Source: Takakia lepidozioides (Eukaryota > Plantae > Bryophyta). Taken from it: a DNA stretch of 64,000 nucleotides. The stretch covers positions 14,136,001 to 14,200,000 of the forward strand of contig CM060731.1 in the NCBI GenBank assembly GCA_030704615.1, read 5' to 3'. The stretch's first letter is position 1. Each line of letters starts with the position of its first letter. The notes below the pieces were generated by a model, which was given only the letters and a program-made list of their open reading frames with translations, ran no database searches and was not told the origin of the DNA. A program made the position numbers and the translations under genes. Shown here piece by piece: positions 13,301 to 24,518 of this stretch.

Positions 13301-16300
13301 ATTTCATAATTGATCTCCGCAGCGGAAAATTTGCGAGAACGAAAACCAACAGGGTGAAGTCGGCCATCTGTACCGTATTGAGAGAGTACCGCGCCATGTG
13401 CAAAGTTCGATGCATCTGCTTCCAAAAAGAATGGTTTAGATGGGTCTGCATGTACCAATATTGGAGCCGTTGTAAATACCTGCTTCAGCCTTTCAAATGC
13501 TTGGTCAGCCTTCTCGTCCCATATAAATTTGTCCTTCCCTGTGAGTCGTGTCAATGGTGCAGCAATTTTCAATTTGCAACTGCACAAAATAGGATAGAAC
13601 TGGAATATAGTGTACAAAGGTGCACATCCTAAACCTAGAAGTTGATTTTAATCCACTCGATGATGGTTTGTATTTTCATTTGTCGGAAATAATGTAGCCC
13701 AAAAATTCGACTTCAGATTGGTGGAAAAGACATTTTTCCAACTTAGCATATAGTCCTATTTCCCTCAATTTATCAAGGACAAGGCGTATATGGTGACCAT
13801 GTTTTTCTTCATTCTGTGAAAATATCAAAATGTCGTCCAAATAGATGACTACAAAGTCATCTAAAAATGTCATTCATCATGTGTTGAAAAATTGCTGGAG
13901 CATTTGTAAGACCGAAAGGCATAACATTGTATTCGAAATGTCCGTACTTTGTGCGAAAATCAGTCTTCCATTCGTCTCCTTCTTTTATTCGTACAAGGTT
14001 GTAAGCTCATCTCAAGTTGATTTTTGTGAAAAAATTTGCTCGTCCAAATTGTTAGAGGAGTCCGGAAATCAGCGGTAGTGGGTAACGATTTTTTATAGTG
14101 ACTTTGTTGAGCCCACGATAGTCCACACACATGCGTAACGATCCGTCCTTCTTTTTCATAAATAAAATAGGTGTTCCCGTGGGTGATTTCGAATGTCGAA
14201 TGAAATTCTTTGACAAATTCTCATCAATTGATTCGCGTAAAGCAGCCAGCTCTGTCTGAGATAAATTGTAGATCGGGCCGAATGGTGATTGAGCTCCTTC
14301 TTGCAATTCAATTGCACAATCATAAGGTCGATGTTCTGGCAACATATCTGTATTTTTCTTCTCGAAGACATCCTTGAAATCTTGATATTGAGTGGATAAT
14401 GTCGAAGTACCTTGGTCTGTTGTGGTTTTGATCGGAGTCGCATAAAGTGCAAATGTCACGTCGTTCTTCGTAGCTCGCATGAAGGCTCTAGCTCCAAGAA
14501 ACAGGGGTTGAATACCTTTGGTACTTTTGCATTTTTGTCTTGCCGAAATTTTTCATGATTGTCAGTCGATGTCAAGATTATGAAGTACAAACCAGGGAAA
14601 TCCAAGAATCACAGGATTCGTTGGAGACTGGATAACATTGAAAACAATCTGTTATGCTTGATTTTTAAGCTTCACTTCAAGGGGTTGAGTTTCATGGTCA
14701 ATATTTCCTGATGCTAATGGTTGTCCATCGATGACTTCAACAGGGGCCGAGAATTTCTTTCTTACGAGCGTTAAATTGTGTTGCTTCACAAAGTCTTTGT
14801 CAATAAAACACGCTGAAGCGCCCGAGTCCAAAAGTGCTTCTACGGAGATATCTCGATTTTGCATCCTGATCTTTACTGGAACTGTGAAACAAGGTACAGG
14901 GTCTAGAGGTAGAAATTTTTTTTTTTTTTTTGAGGAATTTGAGGTGTCCAGCCGCATGGTCCCTACTGTGACTGGACATCTTCGTTTTCCGACCTCCTCG
15001 TATCGAATACTTGAGTTGTGCCCCGAGCTTTGAATCTTCTCCTGTTGGGGTAGTTTAATGCTATGTGATCATCTTCTCCGCAATAAAGACATAATCCATT
15101 CGAGCGCCGTCTTTGTTTTTCTTGTGGCATCAATGGCTTGAATCGGACAACACCAATCTGCATAGGATCATTACCGGATATCTGATGGATCGTTGTGTTT
15201 GGTGCCGTAGTAGCAGCGGCATGGTACGTTGTCGACCATCCAGATCACTTCTCTTGACGTCTTTCGAACAAACGATTATCACATGCAATGACTTGGGTGA
15301 TGAATTCGCTCAGTGTACTCACGTTTGACATTGTCAGCAACAAATCTTTAACATCATCTTTTAGGCCACATCGAAACTGACTCATGAGACTCTTCTCATT
15401 TCAGTCGAGGTCGCACGCAAGTTGTCGAAATTCAACAGCATAAACGGAAGCTGGACGTGCTCCTTGTTGAAGATTTCGCATCTTTGTCTCTGCAACTCTC
15501 TCTCTCTCATTCTCTCCAAACGTTGTAGTGAACTCGGACATGAATGCTTCAAAATTATGCAAAATTTTCTCTAATAGCGGTGCAAACCAAGATAGGGCAG
15601 TGCCGGATAGAAGGGTGCCCACAAATCCCACTTCAATACCTTCATCAGGGTAGCGTTGTGGATGTAGTCGTAGGAACAATCGTACTTGTTGAACAAAACC
15701 GCGAAATCTTGATCTCGTCCCATCAAATTTTTCGGGAATGCTGACCTTTGGTTCCCTTGTAATCTGTTTGCAGATTTGGAGGAACCGTTGCATTAGAATT
15801 TGTTGTAGTAGGGACTCGTAAGGTTGAAGATCCATTGTTCGAATCCTTCAACTCTGAAATTTGTTGTTGCAAATTGTTGAGAGCGTTGTCAAGATCTTGA
15901 GACTGATCAGTTGCAGTTGGGCAGTAGAGGCACGAAGTTCTTCCATCTGGAGCTGAAGACTTTGCAATGTGGCGACCATTTCCACAAATGTGCCTTCCAA
16001 ATTAACTAACTAAGGAACAAACTTTAGTCTCGCCAAACTGTCAAGGATGATAACATGACTGAACACCAACCAGAGATCAGATTAGAGGTACAAGACTAGA
16101 CAAGAAGTCAAGGCCGGCGTGGCCAAATGCATGATGAATAAATAGGAATCAAGACGATCTTTATAACAATGAACAAAAGTACAAGATATTGGAAACTGGG
16201 CTAGGGTACTGGGAACTGGAAACAAGAGTAGCTTGAACTGGTGTTGGCAAGACTGAAGAGTGTCCAGTCTCGCCTCCTATATATACTGGCTACTAAGAAG

Positions 16301-16539
16301 CTTCCCTAAGAAGCTTCCTCTATTGAGGTTGCTTGCTGGAGCAGTTTCCAAGATTAAACAAAGGTTTCTTGATGGAGAAGCTTCCTTAAACAAAAGAGGT
16401 ATCTTGATGGAGAAGATTCCTCCAAAGGAAGCTTCCTGAGCAGTTTCCCAAGTTATTCTTGGTAATTTGGTAAACTCCCGGTAACTTGGTAACTTCTGGT
16501 ATTTACTCCTGGTAAGTTCTTCTGGGCTATGTCATGACA
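10340..16539 (-). mobile_element. Ty3/Gypsy chromovirus (Tcn1-like), decayed; 5' LTR 16039-16539, PPT 10405-10418, first part of 3' LTR ~10340-10404
   Basis: gag PEKFDGTRS and CLYCGEDDH, protease [19 protein letters not shown] and YLDDILI, RNase H EADAS/YTDHKNL, integrase SMDFI/VSDRG/QTDGQTER, GPF, chromodomain EYEVDEVLDSR...TWEP. LTR is TG...CA. Confidence 0.95.
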
Positions 16540-16844
16540 GTTGGTGGATAAGTTGCCCAAACAGTCCTGCTGATTAATCCCTCTGCAGTGTAAAAATTGA
16601 GTGAGACCCAAAGCTTTGGGATCAACAGACACAGATAAGGGTAAACAAGTTCACGGTCGATCTGAGCAAGCCAATTGTTTTCCAGGTTAGACTTCAAACC
16701 TTAAATTGCAGACCTATTCACGTAATTTCATCGTGACATCTTTGCTGGATCATCCATTGTATGGTAAATTAGATGTTGTACGATCGATTACACCAGTCTC
16801 CTGGAAGTTCAACTTTGTTACATGTCCGGAATCTTAGGTACTAA

Positions 16845-17072
16845 TAGTGGGTTTGGTAGGGAGGCTTTGGAGACCTATGAGCAAATGAAACAAGAAAGAA
16901 ATTTCTTTTTGTTCTTAAGGCCTGTGCCAATGTGACCAGGCTACAATTGTTTGCGTTGTTGTCAATGCATATGCAAGCTTGGCAGCCCTGGAGAAGGGCA
17001 AACAAGTCCGTGCTGACATAATTAAAGCTGGAATTGTTCTAGATATCATTCTGGAAAATACCCTAGTCGACT
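16845..17072 (+). pseudogene. PLS-class PPR fragment
   Basis: GFGREALETYEQMKQE...AYASLAALEKGKQVRADIIKAG...LENTLVD; related to the 19410-19790 copy. Confidence 0.65.
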
Positions 17073-17535
17073 TACTTACCATTACTTACCAAGTTATCAG
17101 AAGTTTACCAAATTACCAAGAGTAACTTGGAAAACTGCTCAGGAAGCTTCTCCATCAAGATACCTCCTTTGTTTAAGAAGCTTCTCCATCAAGAAACCTT
17201 TGTTTAATCTTGGAAACTTCTCCAGCAAGCAACCTCCATAGGGGAAGCTTCTTAGGGAAACTTCTTAGGGAAACTTCTTAGTAGCCAGTATATATAGGAG
17301 ACGAGACTGGACACTCTTCAGTCTCGCCAACACCAGTTCAAGCTACTTTTGTTTCCAGTTCCCAGTACCCTAGCCCAGTTTCCAATATCTTGTACTCTTG
17401 TTCATTGTTATAAAGATTGTCTTGATTCCTATTTATTCATCATGCCATTGGCCATGCCGGCCTTGACTTCTTGTCTAGTCTTGTACCTCTAATCTGATCT
17501 CTGGTTGGTGTTCAGTCATGTTCTCGTCCTTGACA
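17073..17535 (+). mobile_element. Displaced, inverted remainder of the chromovirus 3' LTR
   Basis: Reverse-complement match to 16039-~16495. Ends TGACA followed by CCAAC, the reverse complement of GTTGG flanking the 5' LTR. Confidence 0.9.
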
Positions 17536-17917
17536 CCAACCACTCTAAGTACCCTATCTGTAGCAAGCAACATCCCCTGCATTCTTACCACCAGAACCAA
17601 CAAGACCAGACTTTCACTAAAACAAAGGTTGTTTGAATAAAAGAGGCAGGGGGAGTGCCCAGTGCGCAGGAAGCAGATATGTACTGGACTAGGAAAGTAA
17701 AATTACACACACAATGGCCCAAACCGATTACAAAAACAAAGAGAGATATTTACCTCTAACACCCAAAATCTTCGCAGAAACTATGATGATGGGAATCTTT
17801 CCTTCTTGCCTCTGTCACATACATTCACCCCTCTCTAACATCATGATTCAGTCCATTCGCATCTACAAAGTAAAGCCAAGGAGGTCAACCAGTTAAGAGT
17901 TTCACAACCGACACACA

Positions 17918-18030
17918 AAAATGACGACGATGACATGGCTAACGACGGTGACATGGCGTGACGACGATGACGTGGTGACGATGACGTGTCTACGATGACA
18001 TGGTGACGATGATGTGGCACTATGACACCC
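17918..18030. repeat. Short GACGATGAC(A/G)TGG tandem motifs
   Basis: Repeated gatgacatgg/gatgacgtgg units. Confidence 0.7.
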
Positions 18031-19194
18031 TATATCTGCTCTACGCTAAAGTAGCTCTCCACCTTCGGTCGTCGCTAGAATTCAACACTTTGCGGCACGT
18101 ACATGATGATGTCTCCAAATTGCAGCTCCAAACTTGAAGAATATGGGAGGGTTGATTTGCAATATATATGTGAAAATAGGTGGGCTAAAATGACCAATTT
18201 CTCCCAAAGCAAATAGGGGCTCTCATAAGATTTTGAAGTTTGGAATCATATTTAATCATATGGTCAGTCTTTGCAGTGCAAGCGCGACATTTGATGTGAA
18301 ATTTCATGAATATTCTTGTCATCGCCAAATTCAAGCAAAATGTTGCAGCACATTGGGTGGGTCCATTGCACCTGCGACGTGGGCAAGTCAACACCCCTCG
18401 GCCATATATTTTATGACCCTGACCACCTTTGATTCCTACATGGTCAAAGAGGAGTTGTAGGAGGATTTGAGCCCAGAAAATAAAACCCCTGAGAAGCCAG
18501 AAGGCAAATAGAATATTGATGCGTCAGAAAAGGAATAAAATCACATACATGGTCTATTTCTATTTTATTGGCTCCTCTTTAGAGCAAGCCTCAAATTGCA
18601 ATGGGCTCTCTTGCTTTGGCAAAACATAAGAGGAAGGGAAAAAACTAGGGAGCATGACTTAGCACAACACACCAATCGCAGCCTTGACATGATATAAGGT
18701 CATTTGACCATATTTTCTCAACATGATGTGTACCGTCCTTGGACAACCGTTTAGGCATTTTTGCGCCTAATAATTATTTAAACCAAACAGACTGCTTAGG
18801 CACGTTTCTCAAACCATTTCTCACATTAGGCATCTTCATGCTATAAGTTTTTTGTATTAGGCACATGAGAAGAGAAAACATTTATTTTCTTAAGAATAAA
18901 AATACAAAATGCAAACCCAATGTCTATGTGTAGATGTCTTGCAAATCTGCACATTGAAAATGAGGATATCCCTGATCTCAATGTGGTGGACGAGGTAGAT
19001 GGAGATTAGTGAGGAGGATGAATATGATGACATTGTCCAGTCCATGCATTGTTCAGCTCTTGCAGGGGCCTTTCGAAGTTACATGGAGCTCTCACAAATA
19101 GATTGGGATTTCTAGGAAGTTATTTCCGCACGCATATATTTGTATTAATTGTTTTTCAATGAAATTTTCATCCTATTACAAACAACATGAGAAG

Positions 19195-19405
19195 AGGTTG
19201 GAACTCTTGCAAGCTCCGCAATTTCTCCGTCCTTATCCCCTGGTAGTTTCTCCTTAACTCCTCAAAGAATTCCACAACTGGGTTAAAGTCAAGCACGGGT
19301 GTTGGTGCTACAGCAGGAGCTTGGGTGGACTTCCTAGCTCCTGTTCCACTTGACATCCCACTGCTGCTTGCAGAAGCTGCGGGTGTAGCTGCCGATGTCA
19401 CCACT
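19195..19405 (-). mobile_element. Gag fragment related to the DNMT-carrying Gypsy element
   Basis: FNPVVEFFEELRRNYQGIRTEKLRSLQEFQ versus FNPVVEFFQELRRNYQGVRTEKLRSLQDFQ at ~41.6 kb. Confidence 0.85.
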
Positions 19406-19409
19406 GCCC

Positions 19410-19790
19410 ATGTGTTTATGCCAAATGTGACAGCCTTGAAAATGCAAGTCTGGTGTTGGGCAAAATGACTAGACAAATTGTGGTCTCATGGAGTGCAATT
19501 ATCGTAAGATATACCCAGAATGGGTTTGGTAGGGAGGTTGTGGAGACCTATGAACTAATGATAGGGGAAAGGGTAATGCCCAACCATGTCACTTTCATTG
19601 GTGTTCTCAATGCCGGTGCGAGCCTGGCAGCTCTGGAGAAGGGCAAAGAGGTCCAGGCTGATATGAGGAAGGATGGAATTGTTATATATATATATATATA
19701 TAGAGTGGACATGTATGCCAAATGCGGTAGCATAAAATATGCAAATCAAGTGTTCAACTATATGGCTCTTCTAATCTGGCTTGTCGGATG
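19410..19790 (+). pseudogene. PLS-class PPR fragment with (TA)n disruption
   Basis: VVSWSAIIVRYTQNGFGRE...PNHVTFIGVLNA...ALEKGKEV...VDMYAKCGSI..A..VF. Confidence 0.85.
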
Positions 19791-20699
19791 AAGAGCACAT
19801 TTGGCAGTGATGCATTAAGGGAGGAAGAAAGTGATGTTGAAATGGATTTGCACAACAGTGACAATATTATGATAGGAGACACAAATCTTTATTGCATTCA
19901 GGTTGCAGTTTATCCTTCACTAAAGGCAACTTGTGATTTTTCTGCTCAGATAAATCCAGATACTTCATCTACAGTCTTGCTTTGCTTTTCATGATAGATT
20001 ATGTGTTACATGTGCGCTGTTTTGGTTTGGTTAGCTGTTGGGTCCTTGAATTCTGATCTTGATTTTTTCTGACACAAGGGGAGGATGGATGAATCAACCA
20101 TGTTTGCTTGTTGCTATGGATTGAAAGTACCAGACCTAAATATTGAGGGGAATGGATACTGAGGACCGTTTGCACTATTTTTGGTGTTTTGGCATGATGT
20201 AATGCAGGTTGTACCAGGAGAATACATATTCTAGAACTCCCTTGGCAAATATCCACATGTTATTCTGCCAATATTATAGGTGTCTACAGTATATATTTTG
20301 ACAAAAATATCATATGGACCTTCTGGCAATGTCAACGGTAACCATTGGACCAGCATGGGTTGGGTTTCATATGATTTCATTCTTCAAAGCTAGGCCTTCA
20401 TGTGATCAAAAGGCCTGTTGACAAACCACCTGTGGGAAACCAGTTACTTCAAGCAGTGGATGGGTGCCCACATGAACTGTCTTCCAAAACTGTATTTTCA
20501 ACATGTTTGGGTTCTGCAGAGTGTGACAAAATTGATTCTTGTTTCAACTTGTTCCTGGGAAAGAGCAGAGAGGAGCTCAGCAGCTATAGATCAATGCCTT
20601 GACACTACTTTAATTTTAACTCATGGTGGGGAGTCTACTTTTGAACAATAAGCGGATGCAGAGAGGAAAGGGAGATTGTCAGAGCCCGGTGTGCAAACG

Positions 20700-21000
20700 G
20701 CTTGAAGACGATATCCATTTTATGTTACAATGTCCTCTTTCTTATGTTTTTCCATTTTGTCCATAAGCTCTTTGAGCTTTCTGTGGACATTACAAGTTCC
20801 ATTTCATTTTGTTCTCTTTCTTTTCCTGCAACGGGTCTATGCCTAGCTTGCACCAGGCGCAACGAGGATATTGAAACTGAAGAACACTTCTTCTTTTAGT
20901 TCCCTCTGTATTATGAGATATGTGGGAGATTCCACTATCTATTCCGTGGAACTCAATCTCTCATTGAAGTCTCCATTATGAGGATCGGAAATGCTTGGCA
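20700..21000 (+). mobile_element. Possible LINE 3'-end remnant
   Basis: CLACT...ETEEHFFF*FPLYYEI resembles the C-terminal zinc finger of non-LTR ORF2. Confidence 0.35.
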
Positions 21001-21529
21001 GCTTACCTGCACGAACGAAGGTGTTAGCCAGCGATAGGCACAGTCCCTTGAAACCATCTCTTGGTCAAACTTTCCCACCTGCTGCCAAGATTGCTGCAAC
21101 AACGGAGGGCTTGTGCGAGCTCCTGCCCTAAGGAATATTGTTTGAGCATACAGTGTGGGACTTGAGGCTGCCATCTGCGCACTAGGATTTCTTACTGATG
21201 TCTTTCTTACTGTAAAGCACTTTGGTCTCAATCTCTAGCCGGAGTTGCACGGTCAAAGTGATGAATTCTAAACCAATAAATAATAAAGATGAAAAGATGT
21301 CATATAAACAACATTCAAAATCCAAATGTACTTGTTATCAAACTTGGGGGGGCTTATTATCAAAACGAGCCAAGAACCTCTCATGTTGCATCTTGTTACG
21401 GGACAAAGTACACCGATCAAATTAACATAAAATAAAACAATTGTAATGGTCTCTCTTGCTTTGGCATAACATAAGAGGAAGAGAAAACTATGGAGCATGA
21501 CTCAGCACAACACACCCAAGCGGTGCCTT

Positions 21530-22590
21530 GAGATAAAAGATGAATTGATTACTGAGAACTCTTTAGGTGTCTTTGCAGATATTGCCTTATTAGGAAGTCG
21601 ATTACGGAGATATGGTGCAGTCGCCACTGCTTCTTCCCAGAAACGTGGTCCAACCTCATGTGTTGCAACATACACCTCACACTTCTAACAAGCGTTCGAT
21701 TCTTCCTCTCTGCAACTTCATTCTGCTTTAGCGTATATGGTGTGATTGATTGTTTCACAATACCATTCTCCTTACAGAATTGATTAAAATTCCTTAAGAT
21801 GTACTCACCACCGCCATCACACCGAAGTGTTTTGATCTTTTCTCCAGTTTGATTCTCCACCAAAGCTTGAACGCTTTGAACCTATCGAGAACTCCAAACT
21901 TATTTTACATCATGTAAAGAAATATTTTCTTGGAGAACTCATCACTGAAGGTCAAAAAATACTTTGCACCTCCATGAGATTCGGACGACATATGACCACA
22001 TAGATCAATATGCACCAGCTCAAGAACTTTTTTTGTCGAGAACCTCCATCTTTTGAAATGAGTTGCGATGGTTTTACCATACACACATCCGTCACAAAAA
22101 CTCAAGATCGATCTCCTGTAAGATCCATTCCTTCACCATATTGTTAATTGACATGAATGCCAAATTTTGCATTGAGATATGTCCAAGTCTTTGATGCCTG
22201 AGGTCATTATGCTTGAGAGTGTATTATAGTCCACATGTAAAGCCTGGACAGCCCCAACTAGCTTGTACAATCTTGCATCTTAAACTACTCAGCTCAACCA
22301 ACAATGATTGGTAGAAACCTCAACCGTAAGACCTTGCTCAGTTAGCTAACTAACTGACAATAGGTTCTTTGTCAATCTATGAACATAGAGAACATCTCTG
22401 ATCTCTTTTGACACTCCAGATGATAATTCAAACACAATAGTACCTTCCCATGGATATCAAAACTAGTACTGTTGTCCAAGATACACCTTGTGTCCCACAA
22501 AGAGTTCTTTGAAAGTTGATAATGCTTCCTAATGGCTTCCACATAAGATATGCAACACTCCATTTCAAAAGTGTCACTAATCAAATCTGT
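21530..22590 (-). mobile_element. Ty1/Copia fragment (GAG-pre-integrase and integrase) joined to a short LTR piece
   Basis: FCDGCVYGK...LELVHIDLCG...KIKTLRCDGGGEY...QNEVAERKNRTL; 21530-21562 matches LTR sequence at 33314-33345. Confidence 0.85.
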
Positions 22591-24007
22591 GAGCAGCCCC
22601 ACCAAGAAGGCCTCCAAAACCGCAACCAATGTCCGCAAAGTGGACCTTGACATCTCTCCCATCTGCCACAAGGCACATACAAACACAAATCAAGAATACC
22701 CTTTCCTTGGACAAATTAGCATCATCTCCTGCATATGTGCATTGCTCAGATCCTGCTCAGAACATTGGGGAGCACCAAGCACTTTTTGAAGCATAATCTG
22801 AGTGACTTTTACTCCCTATAGACCCAAAGGATACAGTATTCAGATAAATACATCTCTCTCAGACTACACCTGTATCAACACATTTTGAGTATATGTCCAA
22901 TAACATCTGGTAAGACCGCATCCTCAGCTCCACACCGTAGAACGAGAGGTATCAGAATGAGACATTAATGACTATTCCATTCCTGCCCACAATTTAGAGT
23001 TTCCAGAAGCATTAAACTACCGAAGACAACCAGTAACTGGGTTAGAGGAGCATATGCCATTCAACTGCTGGTAGTACAAGGGGACTGACCAGGTTCAGCA
23101 GAACGTGCCAGGACACCACTTGCTGCATCTTCTTTCTCCGAAGTATCCAAGGTGAAGTCTGGGACTTCATCACTGGCTGGTTCATTGTCATGCAAGAAGG
23201 CTGGAAAGTGCTCTGACCAATCAAATTCATCAGGTTTTATAGGCCTGCAATTGCACTGTGTATCCCGCTGATTACCATTTGGAGGATAAGGGGTTTCCGG
23301 TGAGCGGGACCAGGATAAAAGAAGAGTTGGAGAAACAGAGCACCTCAAGCTTTAAGAAGGCCCGGATACATCAGAACACTCTAATGCAGCATATAATTCA
23401 AGTCCAAAATGCAATAGCAACAGTGCTATAGCAAGCTGCACTCCGGTTGATCTAATATAAGAACTTGCATAGACAAAATACTAGAAGCATAATGTTCACA
23501 GTAGCACCACTACTGTACCCCTCCACCTTTTAGCACTGGGTTTAGGTGTAGGGCTTAGAGAGTCTCAATAAACTTTGCTTGACTTAGCCTGGTGGCCAGA
23601 GAGGTCGCACCTGATGTGTGCGAAGGGGTAAAATTGGAGAGAATAATGAGGAGGAATGCAGAACCCATAATTCAGAACAAGGAGAGTTCCAGATATTTCC
23701 ATTGTGTCCAGAAATGACAGATTCTTGCAAAAATAGGTGCTTTGACATTTTTTATGCGTTTTGGGAATAGTCCCATGCACGACACTACTGCAGAAGAAGA
23801 GGAGGGAGGACCATACACAGGAAATTGTGAATCACTGAGAGGATTGCTGTGTGCACGTGCGCGGTAGAACCGTTTCTTTGGAAGGCCTCTATGCTTGCCT
23901 GAGGCAGCCTGTACTTGCTGCTCTGCTCTTCTCTTTCCCTTTACAAAGTCCCCAGCGGTTGCTTCGCCTGGAGAAGCTTTGATACGGCTACAAACTTCAC
24001 CTGCCAT
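22590..24007 (-). pseudogene. TRM8: tRNA (guanine-N7)-methyltransferase TRM8/METTL1, 5' exons only, truncated in exon 3
   Basis: Exon 1 LPKKRFYRARAHSNPLSDSQFPV; exon 2 PIKPDEFDWSEHFP; exon 3 (~22662-22600) DGRDVKVHFADIGCGFGGLL, then homology stops. Downstream motifs (e.g. FPDPHFK) not found. Confidence 0.8.
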
Positions 24008-24518
24008 TATTTCCCTTCCCCTTCCCTCCTCAAGTTGTACACAAAAAACCCTTGCAAAACTCCCTTTGTCTGTGGTCCTTCGCACCCTCCTTTCAAAAAC
24101 CGACGTGAAAAATCACTCTTCTAGCTGTTATCCTTGTTGCTCTCCTGCCCACAACCCAACTGTAAACTCTCCATCCAGAATGCATGCAAGCTGTGAGGAA
24201 GACTCCATTCTCTGCCTGCAGAGAGCTCATGCTCTCTCTCACAGTTAGAAAGACTGGACATTATACAAACATATGTAGTATGCGAAGATCATACTAAAAA
24301 TCCAGAATCGTTCATTGATATTTTTTTCTTGTATTTTCATGACAGTGAGCCGTAAAGTAAAATCTAAAGTACGGTTTGAGATTTTAGGTTAAAGCCTAAC
24401 ATCCACTGTGGTCACGTGATGGAGGGACGCTGTAATGAGAACGCAGACAAGATTCTTCTCTGTATCAAGCGTTGACGCTTTCTTCACAAACAAGGAAGAC
24501 GAGCCTCATTGTAGAAGC

